From the NCBI GenBank assembly GCA_002698745.1, contig PAAD01000042.1, positions 162-64,161 on the forward strand: DNA of 64,000 nucleotides, in the 5' to 3' direction. The notes below the pieces were generated by a model. It was not told the origin of the DNA, made no database searches, and worked only from the letters and a program-made list of their open reading frames with translations. Source of the DNA: Flavobacteriaceae bacterium. Lineage in GTDB: Bacteria; Bacteroidota; Bacteroidia; Flavobacteriales; Flavobacteriaceae. Position numbers and translations under genes: made by a program. Below, in pieces: positions 47,048-56,480 of this stretch (positions are counted from its first letter, which is position 1; each line of letters opens with the position of its first letter).

Positions 47048-49203
47048 ACAATTGTAATTTCAATTTCCCCAGAAATATTTCTTGAACTATTCCCAACATA
47101 AATAATATAATTCCCTTTTTCAACTTTCCACGAAGCACTTTTTTCATCATAATAAGCAAGCTCTTTAATGTCAATATTAATATTCACCTCAATTGAATTA
47201 TCACTTGAAACAAAAACTTTTTTAAATCCTTTTAATTCTTTTTTTGCTCTTTTAATTTTTGAGTTTTTTTTCCCAATATATACCTGTACTACTTCTTTTC
47301 CATCAACATCCCCAATATTTTTAACCTTACAACTAACTTTAATAGTTTCTTTAGGATCATATTTTTTTTTGTCAATCTGAAAATCTAATAATTCAAAAGT
47401 CGTATATGATAACCCATGACCAAATCCATAACTTGGTTTAATATTTTTTGTGTCATGCCATCTGTAACCAACCAAAATATCTTCCTTGTAAAATTGAGAA
47501 CCGTCTATTCCAGGATATGATTTTTCGCCATAGTGGTGCGCCCCATTATCTTTTAAGTGTTCTGGAAATGAAAATGGCAATTTACCCGAGGGATTAATTT
47601 CTCCGCTTAAAACATCTCCTATTACATTTCCAGCCTCACTCCCCAAATACCAAGCTTGAAATATTGCTTTTACATCAGATTTCCAATCTGTTTTTACCGC
47701 ATTACCACTAATTAATATGACAGCTATGTTTTTATTGTATTTTGATATTTCTTTAAGTAATTTTATTTGTCCATATGGCAGTTCAAATTGTTTCCTGTCC
47801 TCGGCTTCAGAGTCTTGAAACGCATTTTTATTTAAGCCGCCAACAAATAACACTACGTCTGCATCTCTAGCAACAGAAACTGCCTTATTTATCAATTCAT
47901 GGGAATTATCATTATTAGAGCTATATCCCCTAGCATATACTACATTGGCATTATTAAACTCTTTTTTAATACCAGAAAATGGTGAAATTTCCTTATCAGT
48001 TTTTAATTCTGACGAACCACCCCCAACACTCATAGCTTTTTTTGCATTTTCTCCAATAACAGCAATTTTAATTTTCTTGAATTTATTTAGAGGTAATAAA
48101 GATTCTGAATTTTTCAATAATACTATTCCCTCAGACGCAATATTGTATGCTGTTTTATAATGCTTTGAATTATTAATACTCCCAAAAGGTCTTGTTTTAT
48201 TAAGTGAGGTTCGAAACATTAGTCTTAATATTCTTCTAACTTTATCATTTAATACAGTATCATCAACCTTTCCACTTATTATTTTTTCTAAAAAGGGTTT
48301 ACCAAGAAAATTATTTTGATAAGGGTACCGATGAGATATATTTTTATCTGAAGGTGTCCCCATTTCAATATCTAAGCCATTGTAAATGGATTCGATTGTG
48401 CTATGTGTTCCTCCCCAATCAGAAACAACTACTCCATCAAAACGCCATAAATCTTTTAGAATATTTTTAAGTAAAATCTTGTTATGACAGCAATGCTGCC
48501 CTCTAAACTTGTTGTAAGCACCCATTATAGCCCATGCTTTTCCTTCAATTACAGCTGCCTTAAAAGCAGGTAGGTATATTTCATGAAGCGCCCTATCGCT
48601 TACTTGTACATTTATATGATTGCGCCATTTCTCCTGATTGTTTAGTGCAAAATGTTTTACACAAGCAGCAACCCCATTTTGCTGAACTCCTTTGATATAA
48701 GGCACAACCATTTTAGAACTTAAATATGGATCTTCGCCCATGTATTCAAAATTTCTTCCATTCAGAGGTGTGCGATATATATTTACTCCAGGACCTAACA
48801 AGACATCTTTATTTCTGTATCTAGCCTCTTCCCCTAAGCTTGTACCATACTCAAGAGACAAATCTGGATTGAATGTGGCTGCCAGGCACGTTAATGCAGG
48901 GAATGCGGTGACATAATCATTGGTCCAATTTGCGTAGTTCCAGTCGTCCCAATTCATTTCTGCCCGAATTCCATGAGGGCCATCCGACATCCATAGTTCA
49001 GGAATTCCTAACCTTGGGACACCTGAAGAACTAAATTTTGATTGTGCATGGCATAAAGCTATTTTTTCTTCAATTGAAAGCTTTTCAATTATATTTTCAA
49101 TTTCATCAATTTCTTGTGCAATTGAAATGAAAACGACACATAGATTTAAATAAACAAAAAGTAAATTTTTTAGAAATAATAATATTGTGTTTAAAAACCC
49201 CAT
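47044..49203 (-). CDS. GH3 beta-glucosidase with Fn3-like C-terminal domain
   Basis: 'MSDGPHGIR', 'NFEYMGEDPYL', 'KHFALNNQE' and 'GVVVSDWGG' are present. Its stop codon overlaps the stop of the convergent GH3 (TTAA at 47044-47047). Confidence 0.92.
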   Translation of the reverse strand: MGFLNTILLFLKNLLFVYLNLCVVFISIAQEIDEIENIIEKLSIEEKIALCHAQSKFSSSGVPRLGIPELWMSDGPHGIRAEMNWDDWNYANWTNDYVTAFPALTCLAATFNPDLSLEYGTSLGEEARYRNKDVLLGPGVNIYRTPLNGRNFEYMGEDPYLSSKMVVPYIKGVQQNGVAACVKHFALNNQEKWRNHINVQVSDRALHEIYLPAFKAAVIEGKAWAIMGAYNKFRGQHCCHNKILLKNILKDLWRFDGVVVSDWGGTHSTIESIYNGLDIEMGTPSDKNISHRYPYQNNFLGKPFLEKIISGKVDDTVLNDKVRRILRLMFRTSLNKTRPFGSINNSKHYKTAYNIASEGIVLLKNSESLLPLNKFKKIKIAVIGENAKKAMSVGGGSSELKTDKEISPFSGIKKEFNNANVVYARGYSSNNDNSHELINKAVSVARDADVVLFVGGLNKNAFQDSEAEDRKQFELPYGQIKLLKEISKYNKNIAVILISGNAVKTDWKSDVKAIFQAWYLGSEAGNVIGDVLSGEINPSGKLPFSFPEHLKDNGAHHYGEKSYPGIDGSQFYKEDILVGYRWHDTKNIKPSYGFGHGLSYTTFELLDFQIDKKKYDPKETIKVSCKVKNIGDVDGKEVVQVYIGKKNSKIKRAKKELKGFKKVFVSSDNSIEVNINIDIKELAYYDEKSASWKVEKGNYIIYVGNSSRNISGEIEITIV

Positions 49204-49375
49204 TTTTCAATAAAATATAAAACTAATTTTGAATTCAATTTCAGTATAAGTTAAACTGCTGTAATTGCTGTTTTGTCAAACTTAAATTCGTTTAACAAAA
49301 TTTATGTTGATTTGGTTTTCCAGTTATACTCATTAACATTACTGCAACTTTGTTGCAATAACAAAGTATCTTTAT

Positions 49376-49383
49376 TAGATTTG
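49376..49383 (+). promoter_or_regulatory. Candidate -7 box (TAGATTTG) upstream of the MerC-like gene
   Basis: Matches TAnnTTTG, 19 nt upstream of the in-frame TTG at 49402. Confidence 0.25.
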
Positions 49384-49401
49384 CCTAATAATTTATTTCA
49401 T

Positions 49402-49782
49402 TTGAAAAGTATAAAATATTTATCAAACAACTCAGATTTTTTTGGGATATTGACTTGTTCGCTCTGTGTAATTCATTGTATCTCGGGGCCACTAATCTTT
49501 ATCTCATTTTTAACTTTGAATAAAGAATCATCAATGTATTATAATTTGTGGAGTAACCTAGATTATGTATTTGTTCTCACTTCTTTTTTTATGGTTTATT
49601 TCTCAGCTAAAATCACTAGACTAAAAACAATGAAATATTTATTTTGGTTTAGCTGGCTTATACTTTTTTTAATAATTATGAATGAAAAAACTGAGACATT
49701 TCGAATTCCAGAATTTATAACTTACTTTTCTGCTTCATTACTTGCTTTATTTCATCTTTACAACATCAAGTACTGCAAATGA
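49402..49782 (+). CDS. MerC-domain small membrane protein (start probably the internal TTG, not 49273)
   Basis: 'FGILTCSLCVIHCISGPLIF' is the MerC-type Cys motif and sits at the N-terminus of homologs. There are four hydrophobic segments. The upstream 43 codons of the tracked ORF are low-complexity and non-hydrophobic. Confidence 0.6.
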   Translation: MKSIKYLSNNSDFFGILTCSLCVIHCISGPLIFISFLTLNKESSMYYNLWSNLDYVFVLTSFFMVYFSAKITRLKTMKYLFWFSWLILFLIIMNEKTETFRIPEFITYFSASLLALFHLYNIKYCK

Positions 49783-49858
49783 AAACCCTAAACTCTAAAC
49801 TACGGTTTGAAGTATTTTTTCTGATTTAAAAACTCACTATACCATATAGCATTTTTCA

Positions 49859-49866
49859 TAAATTTG
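49859..49866 (+). promoter_or_regulatory. Candidate -7 box (TAAATTTG)
   Basis: Matches TAnnTTTG, 46 nt upstream of the ATG at 49912. Confidence 0.3.
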
Positions 49867-49911
49867 AATAATAAATTTTTAATAAATACGGTAAATTAAA
49901 TTTTATATAAA

Positions 49912-50373
49912 ATGATAACAAAAGAACAAGTGTTAGAAGTACAACAGGAATGGGGAAATGGTGTGGTAAAAATCGGATCATTAAAAGAAAACAGAACGGA
50001 ATGTGAGGCATTCGCCAACAAATTTTTGGATGAGCGTTACGCTTTTGATGCAGGTCCTGTATTATTCAAACCAACCAAGTGTGAGACAGATCAGTTTAGA
50101 CCTACAAAATCCGAAGCATTGTCTTATTTTATTGCTGGTGATGATAGAGTTTGTTTTGAGGACAAAGGTTTTGCAATACAACCCTGGACAAAGGTAAGGT
50201 TTGAGAACACAGGATTCATATTAGAACAAGAAAGAGCCATTTCAATGGGGAATTATTTTTTTACTGATCTTGATGGCAACGAAGCAAAAGTAGAATACAC
50301 ATTTGGCTACAAGATAATTGAAGGGGAATTGAAAATAGATCTTCATCATTCATCATTTCCATTTAAAAATTAA
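49912..50373 (+). CDS. Conserved hypothetical cytoplasmic protein (possibly NTF2/SnoaL-like fold)
   Basis: 153-aa ORF with no signal peptide. Codon usage is coherent and a plausible promoter lies upstream. I cannot assign a family with confidence. Confidence 0.5.
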   Translation: MITKEQVLEVQQEWGNGVVKIGSLKENRTECEAFANKFLDERYAFDAGPVLFKPTKCETDQFRPTKSEALSYFIAGDDRVCFEDKGFAIQPWTKVRFENTGFILEQERAISMGNYFFTDLDGNEAKVEYTFGYKIIEGELKIDLHHSSFPFKN

Positions 50374-50446
50374 GTTTTATTTCTTGAGAATTTAAAATCG
50401 GAGTGTGTTTTGTGTAATTAGAAATTACAAACTATTTTAATGGTCT

Positions 50447-50992
50447 TTAATAAAGTGCCTTGAGGTACTTCAATTCCAATTTGAATTCCCCTTCTTGCTT
50501 ATCAGATATTTGTAATCCAATTGTATTTATTTTTTCAATTTGTAACTCAGGGTAGTTAATGTATGTATTACCTCTCCAAGTAGGTTTAAAGTCATTAATT
50601 AAGATAGTTTTTTCTATCCATCTACCTCTCAAAGATTTAAAATTATATGAGTAAGAAGCTCGTCTGTTATTTTGTCTAAGTCTGAGTTTATATGTATTGC
50701 CATCCCCTCTAAATTTAATTTTAAAAGATTTTACTCCCAATAGTGTTTTTTCACTGTAATTTAACCTTGAGGATGCAAATCCGCCATTATATTTAAGTGA
50801 CAAGAACCCACTGAAAACTATATTATTCTCATTATTTATACTAATGCTTGATGATGAAACTCCACCCATAACATCATCATTAATTATACTCCAATTTTTT
50901 ACACCAACACCATTTTCAGGGTTGATTATATCAATACTTTGACCGTTCATAAAAATTGAAATTAAAACAAATAATATATTTAATTTATTCAT
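50447..50992 (-). CDS. CIA30 (complex I intermediate-associated protein 30)-domain protein, secreted
   Basis: Signal peptide. 'WSIINDDVMGGVSSSS...FSGFLSLKYNGGFASSR' is the CIA30 signature. Confidence 0.8.
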   Translation of the reverse strand: MNKLNILFVLISIFMNGQSIDIINPENGVGVKNWSIINDDVMGGVSSSSISINNENNIVFSGFLSLKYNGGFASSRLNYSEKTLLGVKSFKIKFRGDGNTYKLRLRQNNRRASYSYNFKSLRGRWIEKTILINDFKPTWRGNTYINYPELQIEKINTIGLQISDKQEGEFKLELKYLKALY

Positions 50993-51095
50993 ACTTCAAA
51001 TATAATAAACGTGTTTAGAAATCTACATAAGTGGGTTAGAAGTAGCAAAACTAAAAAAGATAATATCCTTATTTATAACATTTTTCTCAACAACA

Positions 51096-51632
51096 CTATT
51101 GTGAAATATTTTTTTCATTTTTTAACTTTTTGAAGCCACTACGAATTGCATATGGGTTATCTACTTCAATACTTAAAGCTTTAGTATCAGTCATTTTATT
51201 AATAATACCAAATACTCTTTCTGATTTATATTGATAATCATTTTTTAACCGAAATATCAAGTGCCCTTTTTTGTCGATTAACCATAAAGCTTTTATTTTG
51301 TTAACCTGACCTCTTTTTTTGTAGACTTCTGTCACTTTTGCATAATATTTAATTTTATTCCACTTTACGTTTTTTCTAATTAATGGAAATAAAACAGCTA
51401 TTCTTTTAAATCCCTTTTCATCAATTATCACAACATTATAACAAATTAATAAAATGGGAAAAATTAATAATATCAAATTTTGTGGTATATCAATAAAAAA
51501 TTCATAAATATCTAATTCAACATCAAATACAAAAAAGTAAACGATTCCAAAAACTTGTGATAATACCAAAAACGTAGATAACACAATAGGGATTAAATAA
51601 AAATTGAACTTATGGAACCTTAATTCAGTCAT
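51096..51632 (-). CDS. Hypothetical membrane protein (two N-terminal TM segments)
   Basis: 178-aa ORF with hydrophobic stretches 'FYLIPIVLSTFLVLSQVFGIVYFFVF' and 'LILLIFPILLICYNVVII'. No family was recognised. Confidence 0.5.
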   Translation of the reverse strand: MTELRFHKFNFYLIPIVLSTFLVLSQVFGIVYFFVFDVELDIYEFFIDIPQNLILLIFPILLICYNVVIIDEKGFKRIAVLFPLIRKNVKWNKIKYYAKVTEVYKKRGQVNKIKALWLIDKKGHLIFRLKNDYQYKSERVFGIINKMTDTKALSIEVDNPYAIRSGFKKLKNEKNISQ

Positions 51633-51862
51633 GCTTAAATATAAAAAAAGGATTTTTTATTGTGAGAGTAGTTTTAAAAATTTTTCATGATGGTTTTTTG
51701 TGTTTTAATTCTCGTTTAGTTTATGTTTTTTACATAGTTAATTTTTAAATTAAAGGGGCTTAGAACTTGCTTCATTTAATGTTTGATTGATCAAATTAAT
51801 CAATAGGCAAAAAATATATTTATAATTTTTTTTGATCTTACTGATGTATGATAAAATGAATA

Positions 51863-54025
51863 TTATAGTTTATTTAGAATAAAATTAGTCATTTTATTGT
51901 AAAGATGCATACGTGTATTTCCTCCGTAAATGCCATGGTTTTTATCTGGATAAATCATCAATTCAAATGGTTTATTCGCTTGAACTAATGCCTCTGCCAT
52001 TCGCATTGTATTTTGTAAGTGAACATTATCATCTCCCGAACCATGGACTAACAAATAATCACCTTCTAGTAATTCTGGGTAATTGAATGGAGAATTAAGG
52101 TCATATCCTTCGGGATTTTCTTGAGGCGTTCTCATAAAACGTTCTGTATATATTGTGTCGTAAAACCTCCAGCTGGTAACTGGAGCGACAGCAATTGCTA
52201 ATGAAAATACATCGTTTCCTTTTAACAGGCAGTTGGTTGACATATGTCCGCCATAACTCCATCCCCAAATTCCAATACGATCTTCATCAATAAATGTTTC
52301 CTGACCTAATTTTCTAGCCGCTTCAATTTGGTCTAAAGTTTCAAAATAAACTAATTTCATGTAGGTCACTTTTTTAAATTTAGATCCTCTAAACCCAGTT
52401 CCTCGGCCATCTACACAAGCAACTATATATCCTTCTTGTGCCAAACTCTGATGCCAGTAATCATTTAAATTATTCCATTTGTTTGCTACTTGTTGAGATC
52501 CTGGTCCAGAATACTGAAACATCAAAAGTGGATACTTTTTATTGGGATCAAAATCTTTAGGCTTTATCATCCACATATTTAAATTATTCCCGTTTACTTT
52601 AATCTTTGAAAATTTCTTTTCAGAAATAATATAATCTTTAAGTTTAGTTTTTACGGTAATATTATCTTCAATTGGACGAATTACTTTTCCTGTTTTGGTA
52701 GATCTTAAATTATATTGAGTGGGTGTATTACTATCCTCGAATGTATGAATGTAATAGCTGTAATCTGCACTAAAAGCAACTCCATTAGTTCCGTTTTCTG
52801 GGCTCAAAGATCTTTTTCTGGAACCGTTGAGTTTTATCGAATAAACAGCACGTTCAGTACTGCCAGGTTCAACGGAAGCATAATATACCTCTCGTGTTTT
52901 TTCTTGGTATCCAAAAAAACTAGTTACTTCCCAAGCTCCTTTTGTGATTTGATTTTTAAGAGTTCCGTCTGCTTTATAATGGTAAATATGATTGTACCCA
53001 TCTCGATCGCTAGTCCAAAGAAAACTCTCATCTTTTAGAAATTTTAAATTATCATGAACGTCTACATAGGTGTTTTCTTTTTCTTCTAAAAGAATATTTG
53101 CAGTTTGTTTTTCAATATTATAAGTCCACAATTTCAAATGATTTTGGTGTCTATTTATTGTTTGAACAATTAACTTGTTTTTGTCGGGGCCAAATTTAAT
53201 TCTAGGAATGTAATATACTTTTTCATCTCCAAGTTTTACTTCCGATAGTTTTTCAGATTTTATACAATATAAATGTAAACTTACAACTGAGTTATTTTCA
53301 CCTGCTTTAGGATATTTAAAAGTATAGGGTGAAGGGTATAAATCCTTCCCGATAATATCCATTGAGTATGTCGGAACCATAGTTTCATCAAACTTCATAA
53401 AAACTAAAGCTGTCCCGTTTGCATTCCATTCAAATGCACGAACAAATCCAAACTCTTCTTCATAAACCCAGTCTGTTAAACCATTAATAATATGGTCACT
53501 TCCGTCAGTAGTTATTTGATTTATTTCATTTGAATCAAGATTTTTAATAAAAACATTCCTATTGTAAACAAAAGCAACTTTAGAACCGTCAGGTGAAAAT
53601 TTAGGTTCTTGAACTTTAAACCCAAAAAGTAAATTGGATTTTTTAGTTGTCCGATCGTAAACATAATATTTAGCACGTTTTGATCTTCTATAAATTGGTT
53701 CTGATTCAGATTCTAACAAAAGTTTATTTTCATCTTCAGAAAAGTTATAAGATGTAAAAAACGGAATTAAAACTTTTAAGGATGAATTAACAATTTCTTC
53801 GGCAAATTCAGCAGTGGCATAATCGTAAGCTACAACTTTTGAAACCCTTGTTTTTCTATTAACCTCCAAAACAGTGTATTGACTTGCAGAACTCAAAGGA
53901 TGTATTTCCTGAAGTTTTTCTGCTGAAAATTCATAACTCCAAATTTCCTTATTTGTTATTTTTTTTAACTGTCCAAATAGAGATATGGGGGCTATAAAAA
54001 AAAGTACTACTTTAAGTAATTTCAT
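51863..54025 (-). CDS. Dipeptidyl-peptidase IV (S9B serine peptidase)
   Basis: 720 aa with a signal peptide. It has a DPP-IV beta-propeller N-terminal region ('DWVYEEEF'), the catalytic block 'GIWGWSYGGHMS', 'HGSGDDNVH' and 'DKNHGI'. Confidence 0.9.
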   Translation of the reverse strand: MKLLKVVLFFIAPISLFGQLKKITNKEIWSYEFSAEKLQEIHPLSSASQYTVLEVNRKTRVSKVVAYDYATAEFAEEIVNSSLKVLIPFFTSYNFSEDENKLLLESESEPIYRRSKRAKYYVYDRTTKKSNLLFGFKVQEPKFSPDGSKVAFVYNRNVFIKNLDSNEINQITTDGSDHIINGLTDWVYEEEFGFVRAFEWNANGTALVFMKFDETMVPTYSMDIIGKDLYPSPYTFKYPKAGENNSVVSLHLYCIKSEKLSEVKLGDEKVYYIPRIKFGPDKNKLIVQTINRHQNHLKLWTYNIEKQTANILLEEKENTYVDVHDNLKFLKDESFLWTSDRDGYNHIYHYKADGTLKNQITKGAWEVTSFFGYQEKTREVYYASVEPGSTERAVYSIKLNGSRKRSLSPENGTNGVAFSADYSYYIHTFEDSNTPTQYNLRSTKTGKVIRPIEDNITVKTKLKDYIISEKKFSKIKVNGNNLNMWMIKPKDFDPNKKYPLLMFQYSGPGSQQVANKWNNLNDYWHQSLAQEGYIVACVDGRGTGFRGSKFKKVTYMKLVYFETLDQIEAARKLGQETFIDEDRIGIWGWSYGGHMSTNCLLKGNDVFSLAIAVAPVTSWRFYDTIYTERFMRTPQENPEGYDLNSPFNYPELLEGDYLLVHGSGDDNVHLQNTMRMAEALVQANKPFELMIYPDKNHGIYGGNTRMHLYNKMTNFILNKL

Positions 54026-54361
54026 TGTGAAATTGGTTTAATTTTTTATGATAACTAAATTAACGAAATTTTGGATAGAGGACTAATTGTTATTACAATT
54101 AAAAAACTTAAAAATGTATTATTTTTTGACATTTTACACCTAATATTCAGTTAAAATATTGGTAAATAAACTGGGGTAAGTATTAAGGGGTTGTTTCTTT
54201 AGTGACTTACATTATAGGCTAGTCAACATTAATTTTTATTAACGAAACATAATTTTAATAGTAATTTATTTATTACATAAAATGATTTGAATCTTTCAGA
54301 AAAATTTCCTTCATTTTTATATGTTTATTAATAATATGTACTATTTAATATTTTTCAAAAA

Positions 54362-56338
54362 ATGAATTTAAAATTAAGTGTGTTTTTGATTTTTTCGGTC
54401 TTTATGTCGCACTTTTTAGTGTCTCAAGAATTTCATGTTTCTAAACGGGGGAATGATAATAACTCTGGCACGAAGGAAAGTCCATTTAAAACAATATCAA
54501 AAGCTGCTAAGATTGCTTTGCCTGGGTCATCTATAACTGTGCATGAGGGAACCTATCGTGAGTGGATTAATCCATCCTTTGGAGGTCTTAATGACAACGA
54601 TCGTATTATATACCAAGCAGCTCAAGGCGAAGATGTTTGGATAAAGGGTTCTGAAATCATTACTGGTTGGAAATTACATAAAGGTTCGATTTGGAAAGTG
54701 CAAATTAATAACAGTTTTTTTAATGATTTCAATCCTTACGAGGAAATTGTTAAGGGCGATTGGCTTATGAATACTTTTGGTAGGGAACACCATCTTGGTG
54801 AAGTTTATATTAATGGTGAGGCACTTTATGAAATAGATGAACTAAATAAGGTTTTTCACGAAACAGCTCTCAATAGAGCGGCAGATTCTGAAGCATCAAA
54901 GTACAAATGGTTTTGTGAGGTGGATGATAAAACAACCACCATCTATGCAAATTTTAAGGGTCTGAATCCAAATGAGGAAATAGTAGAGATTAATGTTCGC
55001 CCAACAGTTTTTTTTCCAAAGCAAACAGGAATAAACTACATTACCGTTAGAGGTTTTAAAATGGCTCATGCTGCCACCCAATGGGCGCCTCCAACTGCAC
55101 ACCAAGAAGGACTTATCGGTCCCAATTGGAGTAAAGGTTGGATTATTGAAAACAATTTGATATCTGATTCAAAATGTACTGGGATAAGTCTTGGGAAGGA
55201 GTCAAGTACTGGACAAAATGAATGGACAAATTTAAAAGTTAAACACGGAACTCAGCGACAACGAGAAGTTGTTTTTGATGCCCTTTCAAAGGGCTGGTCT
55301 AAGGAGTCGATAGGTTCTCATATTGTTAGAAACAACACTATCAAAAATTGTGAACAAGCAGGTATATGTGGTCATTTAGGGGCCATTTTTAGCGAAATTT
55401 ATAATAATCATATATATAATATCCACACTAAACAACAATTTTTTGGTTACGAGACGGGTGGTATAAAATTACATGCAGCAATTGACACATCTATTCATCG
55501 AAATTTAATTCACAATAACTATCGGGGGCTTTGGTTGGATTGGCAATCCCAAGGAACTCGGGTTTCGAAAAATATTTTTTACAACAATTTTAACGAGGAC
55601 TTTTTTAATGAGGTCAACCATGGCCCAATGGTGGTTGATAATAACATAATGCTTTCAGAAAATTCAATCATCAATGTATCTCAAGGCACTGCATATCTCC
55701 ATAACTTAATTGGAGGAAATATTTTGATGCGTCTGGCGCCCAGTCGTTTTACGCCTTACCATTTCCCACACTCTACTGCAGTTGCAGGCTTGATGGGCAT
55801 TAATCACGGAGATGATCACTTTTACAATAATATTTTCAGTTGTAATACCTCTTCAAAAAATAACCAATTATTTACAGGTCTTAATGCTTTTAATGGCTTT
55901 CCGCTTTCTAGCGACTCTTGGTATCAGGACATGAAAAGGCCAAATGATTTTGCAGCTCTTAAACTGCCTGTTTTTATAGAATCTAATTTATACTATAACA
56001 AAGCATTACCTTTCAACAGAGAACAGATTAATATTGTAAATTCTAATTTTGATCCCTCAGCATCTATTCAACATATTGGCGAGAAGGTTTTTTTAAAGAT
56101 AAATGTTGATAAAAGTTACAAGAGATTAGAAACCAGGCTTATCACAACATCTATTTTGGGAAGCTCTTTTCAAACGGAAACTCCTTTTGAAAATAGCGAC
56201 GGCTCAGAGCTGGTTTTAAATAGTGATTTTTCAAACAATCAACGTGATTTAAAATCACCCAAACCTGGACCTTTTGAATTGTTGAGAATTGGAGAAAATA
56301 AAATAGAAGTATTTAATTTAAATGGTGTAAAAAATTAA
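54362..56338 (+). CDS. Right-handed beta-helix glycoside hydrolase, GH120 (beta-xylosidase family)-like
   Basis: Signal peptide. 'FHVSKRGNDNNSGTKESPFKTISKAA', 'KTTTIYANFKGLNPNEEIVEINVR', 'WAPPTAHQEGLIGPNWSKGWIIENN' and 'GGIKLHAAID' are present. 'GLWLDWQSQGTR' contains an Asp codon at 55538-55540, and 'NEVNHGP' contains a Glu codon at 55610-55612. Confidence 0.65.
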   Translation: MNLKLSVFLIFSVFMSHFLVSQEFHVSKRGNDNNSGTKESPFKTISKAAKIALPGSSITVHEGTYREWINPSFGGLNDNDRIIYQAAQGEDVWIKGSEIITGWKLHKGSIWKVQINNSFFNDFNPYEEIVKGDWLMNTFGREHHLGEVYINGEALYEIDELNKVFHETALNRAADSEASKYKWFCEVDDKTTTIYANFKGLNPNEEIVEINVRPTVFFPKQTGINYITVRGFKMAHAATQWAPPTAHQEGLIGPNWSKGWIIENNLISDSKCTGISLGKESSTGQNEWTNLKVKHGTQRQREVVFDALSKGWSKESIGSHIVRNNTIKNCEQAGICGHLGAIFSEIYNNHIYNIHTKQQFFGYETGGIKLHAAIDTSIHRNLIHNNYRGLWLDWQSQGTRVSKNIFYNNFNEDFFNEVNHGPMVVDNNIMLSENSIINVSQGTAYLHNLIGGNILMRLAPSRFTPYHFPHSTAVAGLMGINHGDDHFYNNIFSCNTSSKNNQLFTGLNAFNGFPLSSDSWYQDMKRPNDFAALKLPVFIESNLYYNKALPFNREQINIVNSNFDPSASIQHIGEKVFLKINVDKSYKRLETRLITTSILGSSFQTETPFENSDGSELVLNSDFSNNQRDLKSPKPGPFELLRIGENKIEVFNLNGVKN

Positions 56339-56480
56339 TTAATAAATAAAATATTTAAAGGTGCGACTCAAAAAAAATTATCCAAAACATCCAAAATCAG
56401 ACCATTCAAAATTTATCCTAGTAACTCTTTTAATACAAACCATGTTTAAATTTTAGTATACGCTAAGTAACTTTACAACA

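Noticed and set aside
49273-49401. The upstream 43 codons of the tracked 169-aa ORF (MerC-like).
   Set aside because: This region is hydrophilic, low-complexity and TTG-initiated. The MerC Cys motif normally sits near the N-terminus, and an in-frame TTG at 49402 is preceded by a TAGATTTG box. The longer form cannot be fully excluded.
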